Shown: one piece after another, positions 63,381-64,000 of the stretch
How positions within the stretch are numbered: position 1 is the stretch's first letter
Layout of the letters: each line of letters begins with the position of its first letter
Assembly: GCA_025201805.1 (NCBI GenBank)
Contig: MU619248.1
Location: forward strand, 62,001-126,000
From: Parasitella parasitica NRRL 2501
Taxonomy: Eukaryota > Fungi > Mucoromycota
Length of the DNA: 64,000 bases
Direction: 5' to 3'
Translations under genes and position numbers: made by a program
The notes under the pieces: model-generated
What the model was told of the DNA's origin: nothing
What the model saw: the letters and a program-made list of their open reading frames with translations, nothing else
Database searches by the model: none

Positions 63381-64000
63381 ATGAGCGATACTTTATCACC
63401 TTTATCTGATTATCGACCTGATGATGTTTTGGATGGGAATGAATCAATTGGCAATGAATTAGAGCAACTGGGAGTTGACTTGGTTGACCAAAATGTGCTT
63501 GAAAAATCATTAATGGAAAAGGTAAATATTGAACATGGTATTGCATAGGTTTGACTAAAAAACTCCAGGCTGATAAAGCATTAGCTGAAAGAGAAGATGA
63601 ATTGGATAGAAAGAGATTGGATAAAGCATACAAGGAAATTGAGTAAAGGCATAAAAATCTGATGGCTTCAGAGCACTATCAACCGGCATTAATGAAATTT
63701 GATTATAGAGCTGCACAAAAACAATTAAATGGATTGAAATTAAAAATGAAAGAGTCTGCCGACAAAGAAAAGTTTATTTCAATGATAAATCAACAAACTA
63801 GAAAGTTGCGAGATGCTAGTAAAGACAAGGACGACATTTTGGGTCGGATAAAAGATAGAGAAAAGCAACGCTACAAAGTAGTACTACCGGTCAATAAAAA
63901 TGCTAGACAGGACGATGAGACTCAAAGGGATTTTCTTGTGAGAACTGGAAAGATTACACCGTTTGACCATTTACCGGAATATCATAGCAAGCAACAGGGA
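63381..64000 (+). CDS. RAD26: Rad26/CSB (ERCC6) SNF2-family ATPase, 5' part only
   Basis: LEQLGVDLVDQNVLEK, coiled coil, ETQRDFLVRTGKITPF (conserved CSB/Rad26 N-terminal motif); truncated by the window end. Confidence 0.85.

Noticed and set aside
63103-63633. 176-aa minus-strand ORF
   Set aside because: Overlaps the RAD26 first exons antisense and has no recognisable features.

Overview
AT-rich, gene-dense eukaryotic DNA with short (~50-70 nt) spliceosomal introns, typical of a Mucorales (Mucoromycota) fungus; three assembly gaps. About 25 mostly housekeeping genes are recognisable: HEM1, SLX9-like, beta-tubulin, PEX12, SEC21, TCD-like, RPL2, C1orf109/AIRIM-like, ELP2, XKS1, a wax-synthase-type MBOAT, an HIBCH-like hydrolase ending in SKL, SETD9-like, an SRSF4/5/6-type SR protein, CDC42, an alcohol acyltransferase, mitoferrin, TFIIB, a PH protein, a secreted SGNH + beta-sandwich protein, VOA1-like, a Pcl-like cyclin, MTO1, ADK1 and the 5' part of RAD26. 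The standout accessory locus is a large (~970 aa reconstructed), intron-containing Fanzor1/TnpB-family RNA-guided nuclease gene at 43272-46391 (-). All three RuvC acidic residues are present, but the copy is broken by frameshifts, a nonsense codon and a 13-bp tandem duplication. It carries an N-terminal NLS and a UIM-like motif, and is followed by hairpins that may be its omegaRNA scaffold and a Helitron-like 3' end. All product calls come from motif recognition by eye; no searches were run.
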